In this document: positions 12,682 to 26,700 of the stretch, one piece after another | How positions within the stretch are numbered: position 1 is the stretch's first letter | Layout of the letters: each line of letters begins with the position of its first letter | Assembly (NCBI GenBank): GCA_043228905.1 | Contig: JBHGNT010000002.1 | Coordinates: 1,984,001 to 2,048,000 of the forward strand | DNA from: Azolla caroliniana | Lineage: Eukaryota; Plantae; Polypodiophyta | Reading direction: 5' to 3' | DNA: 64,000 bases | Position numbers and translations under genes: made by a program | The notes under the pieces: generated by a model | What the model was told of the DNA's origin: nothing | What the model saw: only the letters and a program-made list of their open reading frames with translations | Databases searched by the model: none

Positions 12682-15600
12682 TCATGACGACATTGGCTCA
12701 TATGGAAAGGAAAGCCACGGATGACACAATGCTTCTGTTGCTGTGGGACGTTTCGCTGGATCGCTTTGGAGAAGATATCTAACAAACTCAACAAAACCTT
12801 CATCGCCCATTGGTATCCGATGTCTCAGTGAGGTTTTCTTTGGAAGCAAATACTCCAATCGACCTGTTTCCTGTTCATGTTAGTCAACATAAGTTGTGAG
12901 CACAGCAGTATCTACATCGTCTGTACAAAAATATGTATAAAGGATAGTGCATTGCAGAACTCAGAACTAATGAAATATTCATTCCATAATAGACAATCTA
13001 TAATCAAAATGGGTTATTACCCATATGTTTTGTTCATGCATTGATTATATGTTCATCCATATGTTTGAGTCAGACGTTTGGATGATGCAGCCAAGCATGC
13101 AAAAAACACTTAAGTATCAATATGCATATCATGACAAGAGTTAGTTTATCTATGCTTAATTCTATTTACTCTTTGTCTTTGCTTAAAAAGTATCAATATA
13201 ATCAAAATGGGTTATTGCCCATAGGTTTTGTTCATGCATTGATTATATGTTCATCCATATGTTTGAGTCAGAGGTTTGGATGATGAAGCCAAGTATGCAA
13301 AAAACACTCAAGAAGTATCAATATGCATATCATGACAAGAGTAGGTTTATCTGAGCTTAATGTTATTTACTCTTTGTCTTTGCTTTTGATGTCTTTAGAG
13401 TACCTGATTTCGTTCGTAGAGCATATGATTCCTTGTGAAATACTTGTATGTATCACGCCCCTTGGCAAGTACATGAGGATCAATAGGTCCAAGGATGCCC
13501 ACAACTCTTGCAAGCAAAGTTGTGAGTGAGTCGTTTTGAAACAAAACCTACACAATTCATCATCAAAATACACAATAGTTAAGACTATCATGCTTTCAAA
13601 TGGCAAAAAAGATACATCTTGATAGGCTTAAACTATAGAATCTAGCCGACACAAAGAGTGTCACATGTTCATGTGTTTTAAATGACAAGGTGCAGAGAGT
13701 AAGTACAAACAATGTTTCTGTGCATGCCAATTCAGTTTTAACAAAACATGAACTCATGTGCTAATACCAACCTGCATGTCTTGAACAATTCTATACAAGC
13801 AGGAATGGTGAATTTCACAGTTAAGGCTTTAAGAAGACAAAAGACAACAGGAATAACTAACTATGTATGAGGGCATTTATTGAGAAATCGTCCAGCACCC
13901 TGGGTTAGAAACTACTGCAACGACAACTTATAGTGTTCTACTGGAAAGTTTATATCTCCAAGGTCCAACAAATACGATGTTGCAACAATGAAAATATTTC
14001 CTCCTATAAGGAGACAGCATACATGGAGAGTTCTGGCAGGCCCTTCTACATTTATACCTCTCACTTTCAAGCTCCAGTCAATGCATAATCTGCCATTTGA
14101 GCACATTTGGGAAGCAGCAAGAGCACATTTGGGAAGCAGCAATATTCAACATCAAGCTATTGAACTGTTCTTGAATTTCTAAATTTCTACACCTTAAAGG
14201 CAATCAATTATACATTTTGGAATTGTCGATCAGTTCCAGTAAGATTTCTGTCGCTCTGAGGTCTACTGGTTATTCCATACTGTAATTGTGCAAAAGCATT
14301 TCAACCAACATCGAGTTATTGAATCTTGAGAACTGTATCACCTCTTGAAATTTCTGAATTTCTGAACGGGCATTAAATTAGAAGTGTAAATCTGATCCAA
14401 TAAGACACGCATTTATAATGTATTTCGATTACAAACAGGCCATAACATGTGCAAAAATTGTACATATAACCTTAAACACATTATGCATACAAATTAAGAA
14501 TTACGGATTTCCATGCATAAGCAATAAAATGGTTTCTCACAATAAGTACTTCTTGATAAATTCAAAATTGAAGCTATACAGATTCTAACAAAGCTGAGAA
14601 TGACACTTGAAACACTATCAATGCAATTTATGATGCCGGATTTGAGACATACAGATACTATGAAGTTAATATATTTAACATGCATTCCTTAAAAAAGGGA
14701 CATCAGAGAAAAACCGCAACCAAAAACATATTTAACATGCATTCCTCAAAAAAAGGGCATCAGAGAAAAACTGCAACCAAGATAAGTATTTTGAAAATAA
14801 GTAGACGTGAACTTACATTTCCAGAACTAAGCTCAGCCAAAATGCAGCCCATAGACCATATGTCTATTTTCTGGTCATATGGAAGCCCAAGAATGACTTC
14901 TGGTGCACGGTATGAGCGTGACTGCACATATGAACACAAATGATCTGTTTGAAAGCAACTGCTCCCTAGATCAATGACCTTTATCTCACATCGACTATAA
15001 CTCTTCACTAGAATATTCTCTGGCTTCAAATCGCAATGGATGATCCCTAAACCATGAAGGAACTCCAAGGCTTCAAGACATTGACGAGTTATAGACTGCA
15101 AAACATAAAGAAATACAAGTTTAATGACAGTGAGGCATACTTACCAATCACTTTCACTCTTCATGATTTGTCTATGTCTCATAACAATCAATAACATGTT
15201 TTTAAATGTGCTTTTACTTAGAAGAACAGAGGTTTCTACAAAGTGGCAAAATCGCCTCACTTTTATGGTTATATTAAGTACCACAGCTGCAGTATCTCGA
15301 ATATTATACCTGAATTCGTGGCATAGTGAAGTAGACTTCTCCCCCAGACTCTCGATTGAACTTATGGAACTCATACAAGTTTGCACGTAAAAGTTCACAA
15401 ACAATGAAAAGATGTTCCTACACAAAGAAAATGGTAGCCATTAGCCTCTTACCTAGAAAATATATAAGACAAGTCTATCATCTCTAAAGTGTATACAATA
15501 TACCCGATGATAAAAGTAGTCATAGAGTCGCAAAACATGATACTTGTCTGCCGGGTCGTGCTTGTTGATAAACTTGAGCAACTTGATCTCGTCAAGACTT

Positions 15601-18600
15601 TGATCAAAGAAATCCTTGTTGTTTTTTATAATCTTCATACAAACATCGATTCCAGTGTGTAAATCATGTGCTTGTATGGCCTTGCTAAATGCAGCAGACC
15701 CCAAATACTCTGTTACGTGATAGCGTCCAGCAATTATTGAATTTAACATAACCGGAAATTCTTTTGCCTCTTCGAACCCAGTCCTACGCAAACATACAAG
15801 TTATTTTGCTCTCAGAAGTCTCAAAACAAAAGAAGCTCAAATGAAATAAGCCCACATTCATTTATTCTTATTTCCTTTGTTTTTTCTTCCAGGGATGATA
15901 ACAGAATAAAGAAATGTGACTATGCGCCAATTAAGGTCCCCAATGAAGTCAAGAAAATAAAAAAACAAACTACACACATGTTACGCTAGCAAGCTGTGCT
16001 AAAATATCATGTAAAGTCTATAATTGCATCATCAAGGACAATGCACACTTTAGATCAGAAGATTTCAAATAAAATTGTATCATCAGGAAGTCTACTAAAA
16101 AAAACTAGTGTTGATGCCACTCGGCAAGGATACTTCTCTTCTCACAATATATTGTGCTAAGCATGTCACTAACCTGTTCTTTCTGTGTATGATTCGGAGA
16201 TCAAAGATCTCATACTGATCTTCATCAATGACCATGGATCTGAACTCCTCTTGAGCACCTATGGTGTCATCTTCCTCTTGAGCAGATGGTTTGAACTCTG
16301 TTGGCAATTCAATTCCTACATCCAACTCTTCATTTCCATCCTCTCTTGCCTCCAAGCTTGCATATTCATCCGTAGAATGAATTGATTCGGACCACTGATG
16401 TGTTACATTTGGATTTTGAACACCTTCTTCTCTAGAAGAGATGACTGGTGATGAGCGATCATTCTTCTTCTTCCAAGCAGCTAGTGTATTATCAGGTCCT
16501 ACCATGCCATCATTACCGTGCACATCAATCTCTTCCTCTGGCACTGGACTATCTCTATTTGACCATAGAGACTTTCCAGATCCAGCTGCCGAAGCTGCAA
16601 GTTCACCAGTGCTTGAAGGAGAAGGAAATGAAAAACCCTCAAACACATTATTGTTTGGTGTTATTTTATCATTGTGACTGGCTAAATTCTTGTTCTTGAA
16701 CAGATGCTTCAATGTGTCCCCCAATTCAACATTAGTTGTCTTGAATGCACTGCTTCTCTTTGAATAACCCCATGCTTCGTCATAATACTGCAAAATCATG
16801 TTTTGTTCATCTTCATCTCTGCCTTCTTCCAAATTCTTAAGAGGTGTAATATTTTCCTGTGCACGTGTGCCTCTTTCGCTTGTAAGAAAATCCTCAGGAT
16901 CAAATTTCCCAAGTGTTGACCCATATAGATCTAGAACTTGTTCTCTTAAACTCTCTAAGTCGCCCTCACTATTTCCACCAGACAAGCTCTCTTCCTTTAG
17001 TTCACTGCCAATGTCCACTGCATCACTACTTCCTAGAATCTCTCCAGACCTAGCAGATCCTCGATTACCATCTTCAAAACAATCTACATCAGCACCTCTC
17101 GACCTATAACCACCAATAATTACATCTTCATGTCTAACTTCATTTGGTTGCCCCATGAAGCCTTTCCAAGATGGCAGAGATCCAACAAAGCTAAGCTCTT
17201 CTGTTTCATCAATCTTCGAATGATCATTATCCTTTGATGGTATGTCATTATTAAATAGCTTAGAAGTTACTTGAGCTTGGTCCAACTCAGTCTGCCGTGA
17301 TATGTAAAGTTCTTCCTTAGCTGCTTGTAATTTATAGTACTCCTCACCTGAAAAGTATGACTCCTCTTCTATAAATGAGTGTCCATCCTCATCAATCTTC
17401 TTTGATTGTTTGGAAACAGGAAGAGTGCTTTTGTCCACGACCTGTCTTGCTCTCTCATTATCACTTGGGTAATCAATTTCATACGTTAGAAACCATTCTT
17501 CATCCTCTATTGGTTGCCTACAGTAGCCCGGATCATCCTCATCATCATATGTATCAGAATTGCAATATTCATCCCCATACCATCTTTCACCAGGAATTGC
17601 AAAACCAGATAGTTCATCAGTCATAGACACCATGATACCTTCACTCACAGATGGGCGTACAACCGATCGCTTCATTCCTGTAACTTAGCAAGAAATATAA
17701 AACTGAGGCAAATCTAAGAAAGAGGCATCATCAACAATGTCCATGAACATATGAACCTTCATTCTCTAAGGAAAATCTAAAATCCACCCCCTTACTGGGA
17801 AAAGTATTGTAACAATTCATATTAAATATAAGAGCTATTACTCAGCTACATTACCTGAAACTAGAGATTCTTGGTCTAGTTGATCATCTGCTAAAGTAAC
17901 AAATCCACAGGTGCTCTCCAGTGGGTCACATTGTAATCTCTTCTGCAGATCTTCATATTGCCCATCAGTATTTAGGTTTCTTTCCATGGAGTGGAGTTTG
18001 ACAGGAGGCAATCTAGGCAACCTCTCTGCCTGGATATAGTTCGGCATTGATTCCATCATTTCTGAGGAATGTGAATGATCTATTACTCCACTTCGAACCT
18101 TTTCCATTCCTATGCCGAACTCTTGATTTCTTAAATCAGCACTATCTGGCATTAACATTCTCATACATTCCTCTTGTTGAGAATGTTTCAAGAACAAAGG
18201 TGGCAAACGTGTTTTTAAAGCAGCACATCCTGTGCTTGTTGAACTAGTTATAAAATTGTTTGTCAACTCTAAACCCTCTGCCCATTGTCGATCGCTTCTT
18301 TCTAATGGACATTCTGGCCATCCTTCAGCTGAAGGTAGAATTGGTTTCCCTTTATTTTTGGTAGAAGACAAAGAAACATTTTCATTCTTGCTAATTGCAG
18401 CCTCCTCCTTTGCACTGTTTGAACGGATAAAAGGTTCAGGGGATTTCACAACCTCTGTTCCAAATCCATTACACTTTGTTCCATCCCAAGGAAGTTCATG
18501 TTGATGAGATGGACTCTGCAAACCTGGTAAACGCTGAAAGGATGTGGAATCCTTGGATAGCTCTTGGAAATGCAATCCTTCATTATTATGCTCTATTGGA

Positions 18601-19139
18601 TATTGCTCGAATCGTTTACCATTCACCTTCGATGTTTGATTACGATCTGTAATTGATCTCTCAGAAGAGCTTGCGCTCTGACTAATTGCCAATGATCTAC
18701 TCACTTGCTGAATCAATATTTCCCCTCTATTATCATCCTTATAAATAGGACCTGAAACATGATCTCCAGGATATGCCATTGTATCACCATATTCTTGTGA
18801 TTTGATTGCAATTTCAGGTGGATCTTGTAGGGATTCTGCTTTTCTAGGTTCATATTCCACATATAACTGTTTTTCTGGAGGAGAAGATATCCCTCCAGGA
18901 AGAGTTTCCACAGATAGCTTCTTTTCTGATGCTTTGGCATGCCTATATTCATGCAGAGAATCCACAGAATCATTGACATCATTCAGAGATGCAAGAGTAC
19001 GTAGTTGCGAATCCCAATTCAAGGCATTTTCACAAGAGAGAATAGGTCTATCTTTTAACTCTGCCATGAAAGCTGCCTCTGCTTTCACAAATTGATGCTT
19101 ACGCAAGAATTCGAGAATGATATCTGTAGGTTCTGCCAT
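12682..19139 (-). CDS. Plant-specific DYRK-related (DYRKP-type) Ser/Thr kinase. Coding exons: 19139-17855, 17677-16174, 15783-15504, 15417-15310, 15095-14817, 13547-13404, 12870-12682
   Basis: Kinase motifs YLGSAAFS, CMKIIK, HCDLKPEN, IDLGSS, YVQSRSYRAPE and DIWSMG. The junction HRKNR|TGFEE, an N-terminal LisH-like EFLRKHQFVKAEAA and the C-terminal HPWLSFPYEPMSS* are present. Splice sites are GT-AG. Confidence 0.92.
12998..13385. repeat. ~200 bp tandem duplication inside the last intron of the kinase gene
   Basis: tataatcaaaatgggttatt...tactctttgtctttgctt is present twice (~12998 and ~13196) with few differences. Confidence 0.88.
14671..14780. repeat. Two-copy ~57 bp tandem repeat in a kinase intron
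   Basis: atatttaacatgcattcct.aaaaaaggg.catcagagaaaaac.gcaaccaa occurs twice. Confidence 0.8.
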
Positions 19140-20427
19140 TTGAGAGATGTTGAAGTTTAATCCTCAGTTTCTACCGTTATCAATGAGTTTCTTGAGGACG
19201 TAGATGATTCTTGTTTTCTGAGTAGTTCTGGATACAATTTCCCTGACAAGAAGAAGATTGCAATGGAATAGTGACTGTCAGGCCTATCTTATATTCCATA
19301 GTTCTGCAACCGCATCTCCTCCATGGAACTGATCAGACAAAATTTCAAGAATAAAATATACAGTTCCAAGAGGAAAGCTTCTACCGTTCACACAATGAAG
19401 AACTTAACGAAAAGAAAACTAAATTCATTTTTTTGAGAAGGCGAAAATCCTCTTCTGTTGTGAACGTCAGAATTTTCTTGAAAGAACAAAATTCACATAA
19501 TAACTGCAAGTATACTCTGATGAAAAATCAACCAAGTTCTTCGTTTCTGTAATTATAAATAGCTACAAATGACTTTCTTGAGGAGGAGAAAGATGCCTTC
19601 GGTTGCTCACTACAGAATTTCCTTTCAAGGAATGAAAAAACGAACCATGTCTGCCATTCACATTAGAATTTCCCCTTGAAATAAAACATAAACAATGTGA
19701 TATCTACCTTATATTCCTTCATACTCGGTACATGTCGTCCATGGCACTGTGAAGCTCTTCATAATTCGCGGTGCAAGAAAGGGTCTTCAACACAGAATGC
19801 CAGGAGAAGGAGGACGTAAATTTTATAGACCTTGCTTTGCATTATTTACTCCTGCAGTAATATCTACTCCATGACGCTACCAAACTGCGCAGAAAGCAAG
19901 TGGTCATGGAGAAAGGGGAATTTCATCCCAGAAAGCTGATGAAGAATAAGAAGAAGGTGAAAGGTCCGAGCCAGGATTCACACAATTCTTACTGCTCCCC
20001 CTGTGCAAAACAGGAAAAAAATCAGCCCTAGTTTGAGGAGAAGGAGGAAATGGGAGTGCGGTACAGAGATTCATCGGGACTTTTTGCCATGCGTTCCGGT
20101 ACAGAAGGAGCCATGGCTGCAGATGCAAAGAAGGTTACACAGATCCGCCAGTGCATAGCAAGACGAAGAAGATGGTGGTGGTGGCGGTGGTCATGGCCAT
20201 GGCCATGCTTATGCTCATGCTCATGCTCATGCTCATGACGATGATGAAGAAGATGAAGATGGTGATCGAAGGAGGAGAGGAGAGAAGTAGAAGGGAAGGA
20301 TTTGAAACTGCAAATGGCGCAATTAAAGGGGAGAGAGAGAGAGAGAGAGATGACGACGGAGATGGAGATGGAGATGGAAAGAGAGAGAGAGATGAGCAGG
20401 AAAAGCAGGCGGAAGAAAATAAAGAGA

Positions 20428-20499
20428 AGTGAATGTGATGAGCATACCATACCATATGCATACGCATACGTATACCATACTATACGCATACCATAGCAT

Positions 20500-20532
<33 letters not shown>

Positions 20533-20710
20533 GGATGGATGGATGTATGGAAAGGAGGCGGAAGAAAACAAATAGAAGTGAATGTGATGAGCCTACCATA
20601 CCATATGCATACGCATGCGCATAACTAATACTATACTATCCGTATACGCATACGCATACCATACCGTATGATGATGATGATGATGAATGGATGGATGGAT
20701 GTATGGATGG
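20428..20710. repeat. ~150 bp tandem duplication with (ATG)n/(GGAT)n microsatellites, upstream of the kinase gene
   Basis: gaagtgaatgtgatgagc.taccataccatatgcatacgca...atgatgatg...atggatggatgtatgga occurs twice. Confidence 0.8.
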
Positions 20711-23700
20711 AGGGATGCTTTTGCTTGGGGAGCGAGGGAGGAAGTTTTTAAGGGCACATTCACACCAAACCCCCCGCCGCAAAAAACAAATGAAGGAAGA
20801 TGAATAGGAATGTGTTTGTTTGTGTTTTGTTTGTGATTACACACATATTGGAGCCCCTAGGGTTAGGCCCTTCTTGCCTATGCACTCATTAATCTCTAAC
20901 CAACCCTAAACCCTAGCACTCCCAAACTGGTTAGAACCTTGGAAGTGTGGACCTCTCTAACCCCCCCCCCCCCCCAATAACGCCTTCCAACTCGTAAAAA
21001 CATGCTTGCATGTTCGTCACTCGGCTCATTGATTCGCTCTCCCCATTACTTTTTTGTCTTCAATAAGGGGGTTCGATGTGATCAACGCCCCCAAGAGAAA
21101 CACATACATATATGTGGAACTTGCTTCATCCCTCCCCATAATGCATCGCATTTCAAAGGCCATAAAACTACAGTAAGAGAGCTAACATTCTCCGTCCATG
21201 TGTGTGTGTTGACTTTTCACTTGATTGGAGAGACAAATCATCGAGTGTGCTAATTCACTCCATCGATACACTCGCAATCCTTTGATACCCTCTCTCACCC
21301 ATCCACTGACAATAGGGTGTTACCACATCTTAGTCTCGACACAAAAAATTGACAATTAATCTCCCCATGTAGCTTAACTAATCAATCTCACATTAGACTT
21401 AACAAAGTAAAATTATCTGTATATACCAATGTAGCACTTTTTAATTGTGATTAATATAGTTAGGTTTAGAGAGAGATGTAGGTTCTTATTATTGCCCTCT
21501 TGTGTCAAATATGATCGATAAAACATTGCAATTAAAAGTGTGCATTGAGATTGTGAGAGGAATGTGTGAAGGCAAGGGATCATATTAACAACGTGTCGAA
21601 AGGAGACTTGAATGTGATCAAATGGAATGTGGATTATATCAAAGAGTCATCATCATACGCCACTATAATCAAAGACATAATATCACCACCTCAAAAATAC
21701 TTGTTTTCCATTTGATATTAAGAAAGCATTACTACATATACCAACTCATCACGAAGCACCGTGTCTATACAAGGCCCTCTCTTGCACATTCCCTCCAACA
21801 TTGTATGTACATTTTGGCACTCATGTTGTTTCCTTTATCATACGACCATTTCACACAATTTACATTTTATTGTAGGAATAACTTTGTTTCAATAAACGGT
21901 TAAATCATGCCATTTGCTCCTTTTTCACTCAACTACTTTGTTAACACTTAGCAAGATGTTGAATTGGTTGTTTTTCTAGAATTAATCCTCCCCCTCCCAA
22001 TTATGTTGTCGATAGCAGTTCTAATTCGAATGGCTTGAACACTATACATGCAATTTATCATTTTCTTCTATCAATCCCTCGTACTACTCAATTTCAACGA
22101 ATCATGTTTTTCAATTCCTAGATTGACTTTGTACCATGAGAAGTAGAGCAAATAATAGTGTGCTATGGGACCAGGCCACATTTTCAAACAAAATGAATTA
22201 GGTCATATATATAAATATACATGAAATCGCATTCGGTTACCTCGTATATGATCAAAATGATGACAACAAGTTTGAAACCCCCTCAACCATCCTATAAAAT
22301 TTCAATCCTTTATATGCGAGTTTTTAATGAATGCCCACCAATTTTCTCTAACTTAGAACAAACGTGTGAATGAACAGAGATTGGAAGAGAGAAACATAAT
22401 GATCGAACAATATGTTTTTCACTCAAATTAAAATTAACTTTCAATTAAAAAAATTTGAGTGCCTATAATTTTTGAGAAATGCCTACATGAGACATCTAGC
22501 CTTGCTTGAACATAGTAATGGTTTTATACACAAGCAATCATGACATAACACGAGAATTCCATAGGTATTAAGTACCAACCTTATCAATGTATGTGAATTT
22601 ATGATCAACCTAAAGTTCTTCCTTTCCAAGTCTAGCGATAGCACATGTATATCTAATACACCGTCTATAGATGGAACAAACAATGCCACCTGAGTTTAGT
22701 AACTTCCTTTTAAAGAGCCTCGTGTATGCATGGGCCTCTCTCCATTGATAAGTCATTCTCTTCTAGAATTCATCTACATGATGTAATGCTACAAAATTAT
22801 AGGATTTCACCATTGCCTTGGAATTTAGCTAAGCAAGCCACGTTCTTGCCAAATGCTAGTTCACCCACATGTATATTTGGGTCCATTTTAGAGGCATTAT
22901 TCCCCGTAGAAATGAAAAAGATTGGACCATCTCTAGAGGGTCTTTCCTCAATAAATGCACGAAGTTCGAACTATATGTCATTGCATCTTGCCATTGTTGG
23001 AGGAGGTGCATGTGTCAAAAAACTCTGAAAAGTATAATAATCCCCCAAATCGATACAAATAGTTGATTGTCCCAATTATCTCCTCCATGAAAACTATGCT
23101 CAAATGATTTTTTTGTTCATACGTTAAGTAAAAACAAAACTTACATTTCCCTTTCTGCGACTTCATTAGGCCACATTAGTAGTGGATGCATGATAAAAAA
23201 GAAAACTTTACGTCACAAAAACAACATCGGTTGCATGAAAAGTGAAGTTTGTAATAAGTGTTCACAATAATTGCCCATATGATTAGAGAAGTCTACATGA
23301 GGCAAAATAATGTTTTTTGGAAGAAAAGTGGAGTAAATTGGGTTCCTTCTACATGACATGTTTTTAAAGCACCAAAACACACTAAAAACATAGTTTGTTG
23401 ATTTCAAAACAAAGTGGCAACAATGTTTTAAAGAAACCACTATAGCATCCATGTTCATGGCTTCTTTTTACCCTTTAATCAAAACGTGTACTTTGATTCG
23501 ATCCTTAATCAACCATTGTTCTTTCAAAACAACATTGGTTGCCTAATTAGAAGCGTTCCTTTACTAAGGTTACCCAAACCAAATAAGAAATGTACGAAGC
23601 AAAAACATTTAATTGGAAGAATAGATATACCACAATCACACTTTGTCGAATTCAAGCCCAAAGTGCGCCCAACAATTTGTTACAACATTTCAAACAAACT

Positions 23701-26700
23701 ACATGTGTGTGTGCTCATAATCTCTTCTCTGTACTTATCACCAAAGTGCATTTCGATTCAGTCCTTGATAAACCACCTAGAGCTCCTCCTTTCCTTTCAA
23801 GGTGCAGAATAGGCCTTCTCATAGTGGCTCTTATGGTGGCAGTTAGAGACATGATATCCGCATGGGATTGAATTATATTTACACTCCCAATTGAGGGTAT
23901 GAATTATCGTGGTTCTAATAAATTTAACACGAACTCATCATAATGGTAAAGGTAACATTCATCTTTCTTAAGTCTTGACCCACTTATAATTTGCAATAAA
24001 AACAAAACCATGGCACAACTAGCTTTTTAACATCAATTTCGTTGAAACATGTATCTCATTGAAAAGAACATGAAATGAGGATGCAACTTGCGTTCACCAC
24101 ATTCATAACAATTAATGACATTTGTTAACACGATTATGTAATGAATCAACCATGAGACACTTTACTTCAATGTACTTGGTAGTTTTTGAGGAAGTATACG
24201 CAAGAAACAACTTCTTCCCAACTTAACGGGTTCATGCATATTTTTCCACGCCACATTTGGACTTTGGGACTCTTCCTTCAAGTAAGCTTGCACATTTTTT
24301 GTTAGTTACCTTTCACACATTTTCAGGTCTTTTCTTTATTTCACTTTTTGCCTCATTGTTAAACGTTTGTGTTGAGCTTTTTACACATTCTTGACTCTCT
24401 TTTTTACATTCTCAATGATTGTTCATTTATTTTTTCACGAATTATATTATTAGTGTGCATGATCTCAAACTAAATTTATGATGAGTTTTTATAACGAGCC
24501 CAACAACAAAACCCAATTGCTCAATACCAAATTGAAGTCACAATCTTAATGTTCCCAAAAATAAGATTCACCACTACAATGGCATACTCATCCATTTAAG
24601 AACCTATAACAAGTATTTTACAAGGACAATGCTTTTGTATTGTGCTTTATCACATAATTCTTTTGTTTTATATCTTACATCTCCCTTGACAAAAACACAT
24701 GGATTTCATATGCTCATACCTGAGTGGGTTGAGTTAGTTTATATGTTCTTGCACCATCGCAAATACAAAGGCATGAGCACTAAGGTGACACATTGTTTTT
24801 CTCCATTAGGGATCCATATATTCTGAGCCAACCCCTTATATTCTCTGTCCATAAAGATACATATTATTGTGTAATGATTCCCATTTAATTTCTTACATTA
24901 CATGTTCGTACTTACAATAGACAAAGTAGGGATAAAAGAGTACTAGGGCAAAAGGTTCATGGCTCCTAATGTTAGCCTTGACCTTAAGTATGTATTCTTT
25001 GGAAAATTTGCATTAACATACCTTTAAGGAGAATCTAGGGTATTCTTATTTCAAAAGAAGATAAAAACTTTTGTGTTTTGTGAAAAGTGAGAAGTCAAAT
25101 TTCAATATAGTTTTGTGGGAATCTAATGAATGATATTTATATACATACAAATTTAGAAATATTAGAAGGAAGTTAGAAATGTAGCAACTCTACAATTTTA
25201 AAACAATTGAGTTGAGAAATATTTATAGTTGGGTTCATGTCCATTGAACAATATGATGATTCACAAATAAGTTTCCGGGAATGCTAAATTCTTTATATGT
25301 TTTGGGATGTCCATAGCATAGTATAATATTTCTCGTTCCCCATCTTTTCATGCCTTGAAATCCATGTTATTTTCCCATGGTTTGAATATTTTCTGTAGAC
25401 TTATATTTCTACCTACATGATTAGAGGTCATTATCGAGGATGATGACCATGCAAGCACATGGAGAAGTAGCCTTCTTGCTTGTTTTGGCATTTCGAACTA
25501 TAACCGACTACCTTCTTCTTTATTTCCTTCTCAACTTGATGCACACTTCTTCCTCCAATTCTCTTTTCTCACGGAGGCATGTCTACTTGTGAGATGGAAG
25601 CAGAACAGAGCCAATCACGAAGACTGGTGGCAACAAAATGGATGAGGCTATGTGAATCCTCATAAATTGTCTCATGAGTGCATAAGCTATGGTAAGGGAA
25701 TAGAAATCTGCTTGAGTGGATTTGACATTATCAAAACAAGATTAATGGGCTAGGGAGTGAGTGATAACGGTTGATTATGTGTTAAAATTTAACTACTTCA
25801 TACATGACAACAATTTGTGCGTGCCTAAGGGTTTCCAAATCAGCCTCGTGGGCACATGTATATGCATGGTGAGATGTTATTAGATCAACAACCTTCCAAA
25901 TATACGAGTATCATTTCATGATTACATTGGGACAATCTTTGTATTGAGTTTAAATGATACAATGTAGAATAGGAATGTGTATTCGATGAGCTTATGGCAC
26001 AAGTAATCAGAGTTTTGTGTAACATGACAATGAAACTATTTGATACTCTCATCATTTCATCCCTAGATATGTAATAACAAGGTGAATGACATGACAATCA
26101 ATAATATGAAGCGAATGTGACAAAATGCATGGCAAGCTTGTAATCATATTCGCATGAAAAACAAGTTAGCAATTATTGAATATGACAGCCACATGTAAGC
26201 AATACAATTCATAAGGAGTGACATAACAATGCAATAGAATCTACTAAAAGTGAGTATGTTATTTCAATAAATTAGGGACTTGACAAAATTTTCAAGCTTG
26301 AACTAAACATGAAAGGTAAAATGGAATTAACTAATGCTTTGAGCCAAAGACAATTGGAAAGTATGAATTGTAATGCTTTCAACGAGTTACTAAATTAGAA
26401 GCACATAATCAAAGCCCAAATTCAATCTAGGTTCTAACTTTCAACTTCTAAGGTATACCTCAATACAAAGTTCTGTCACTTACAACCTACCTTTAAAGCA
26501 AGAAAGTATTATGAAAAGGAAAATAAAACCAATCACAATGGCAATTATATGCCACATGAAATCCCCATGCATTGGCACAATATGTGTGGGTCATGTTTAT
26601 GAGATTAATTAGAAGCAACAAACACAACATTTTAGTGGAGTAGTGCACAAAGGGAACTCGATCAATTATATGTAGTTTATCTAATACTCGTTGAAGCAAG

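Noticed and set aside
20028-20844. His-rich and other low-complexity ORFs upstream of the kinase
   Set aside because: They are translations of (CAT)n, (CATGAG)n and (GA)n microsatellites.
22480-25700. Possible ancient transposase relic on the minus strand
   Set aside because: Too degraded; no diagnostic motif identifiable by eye.
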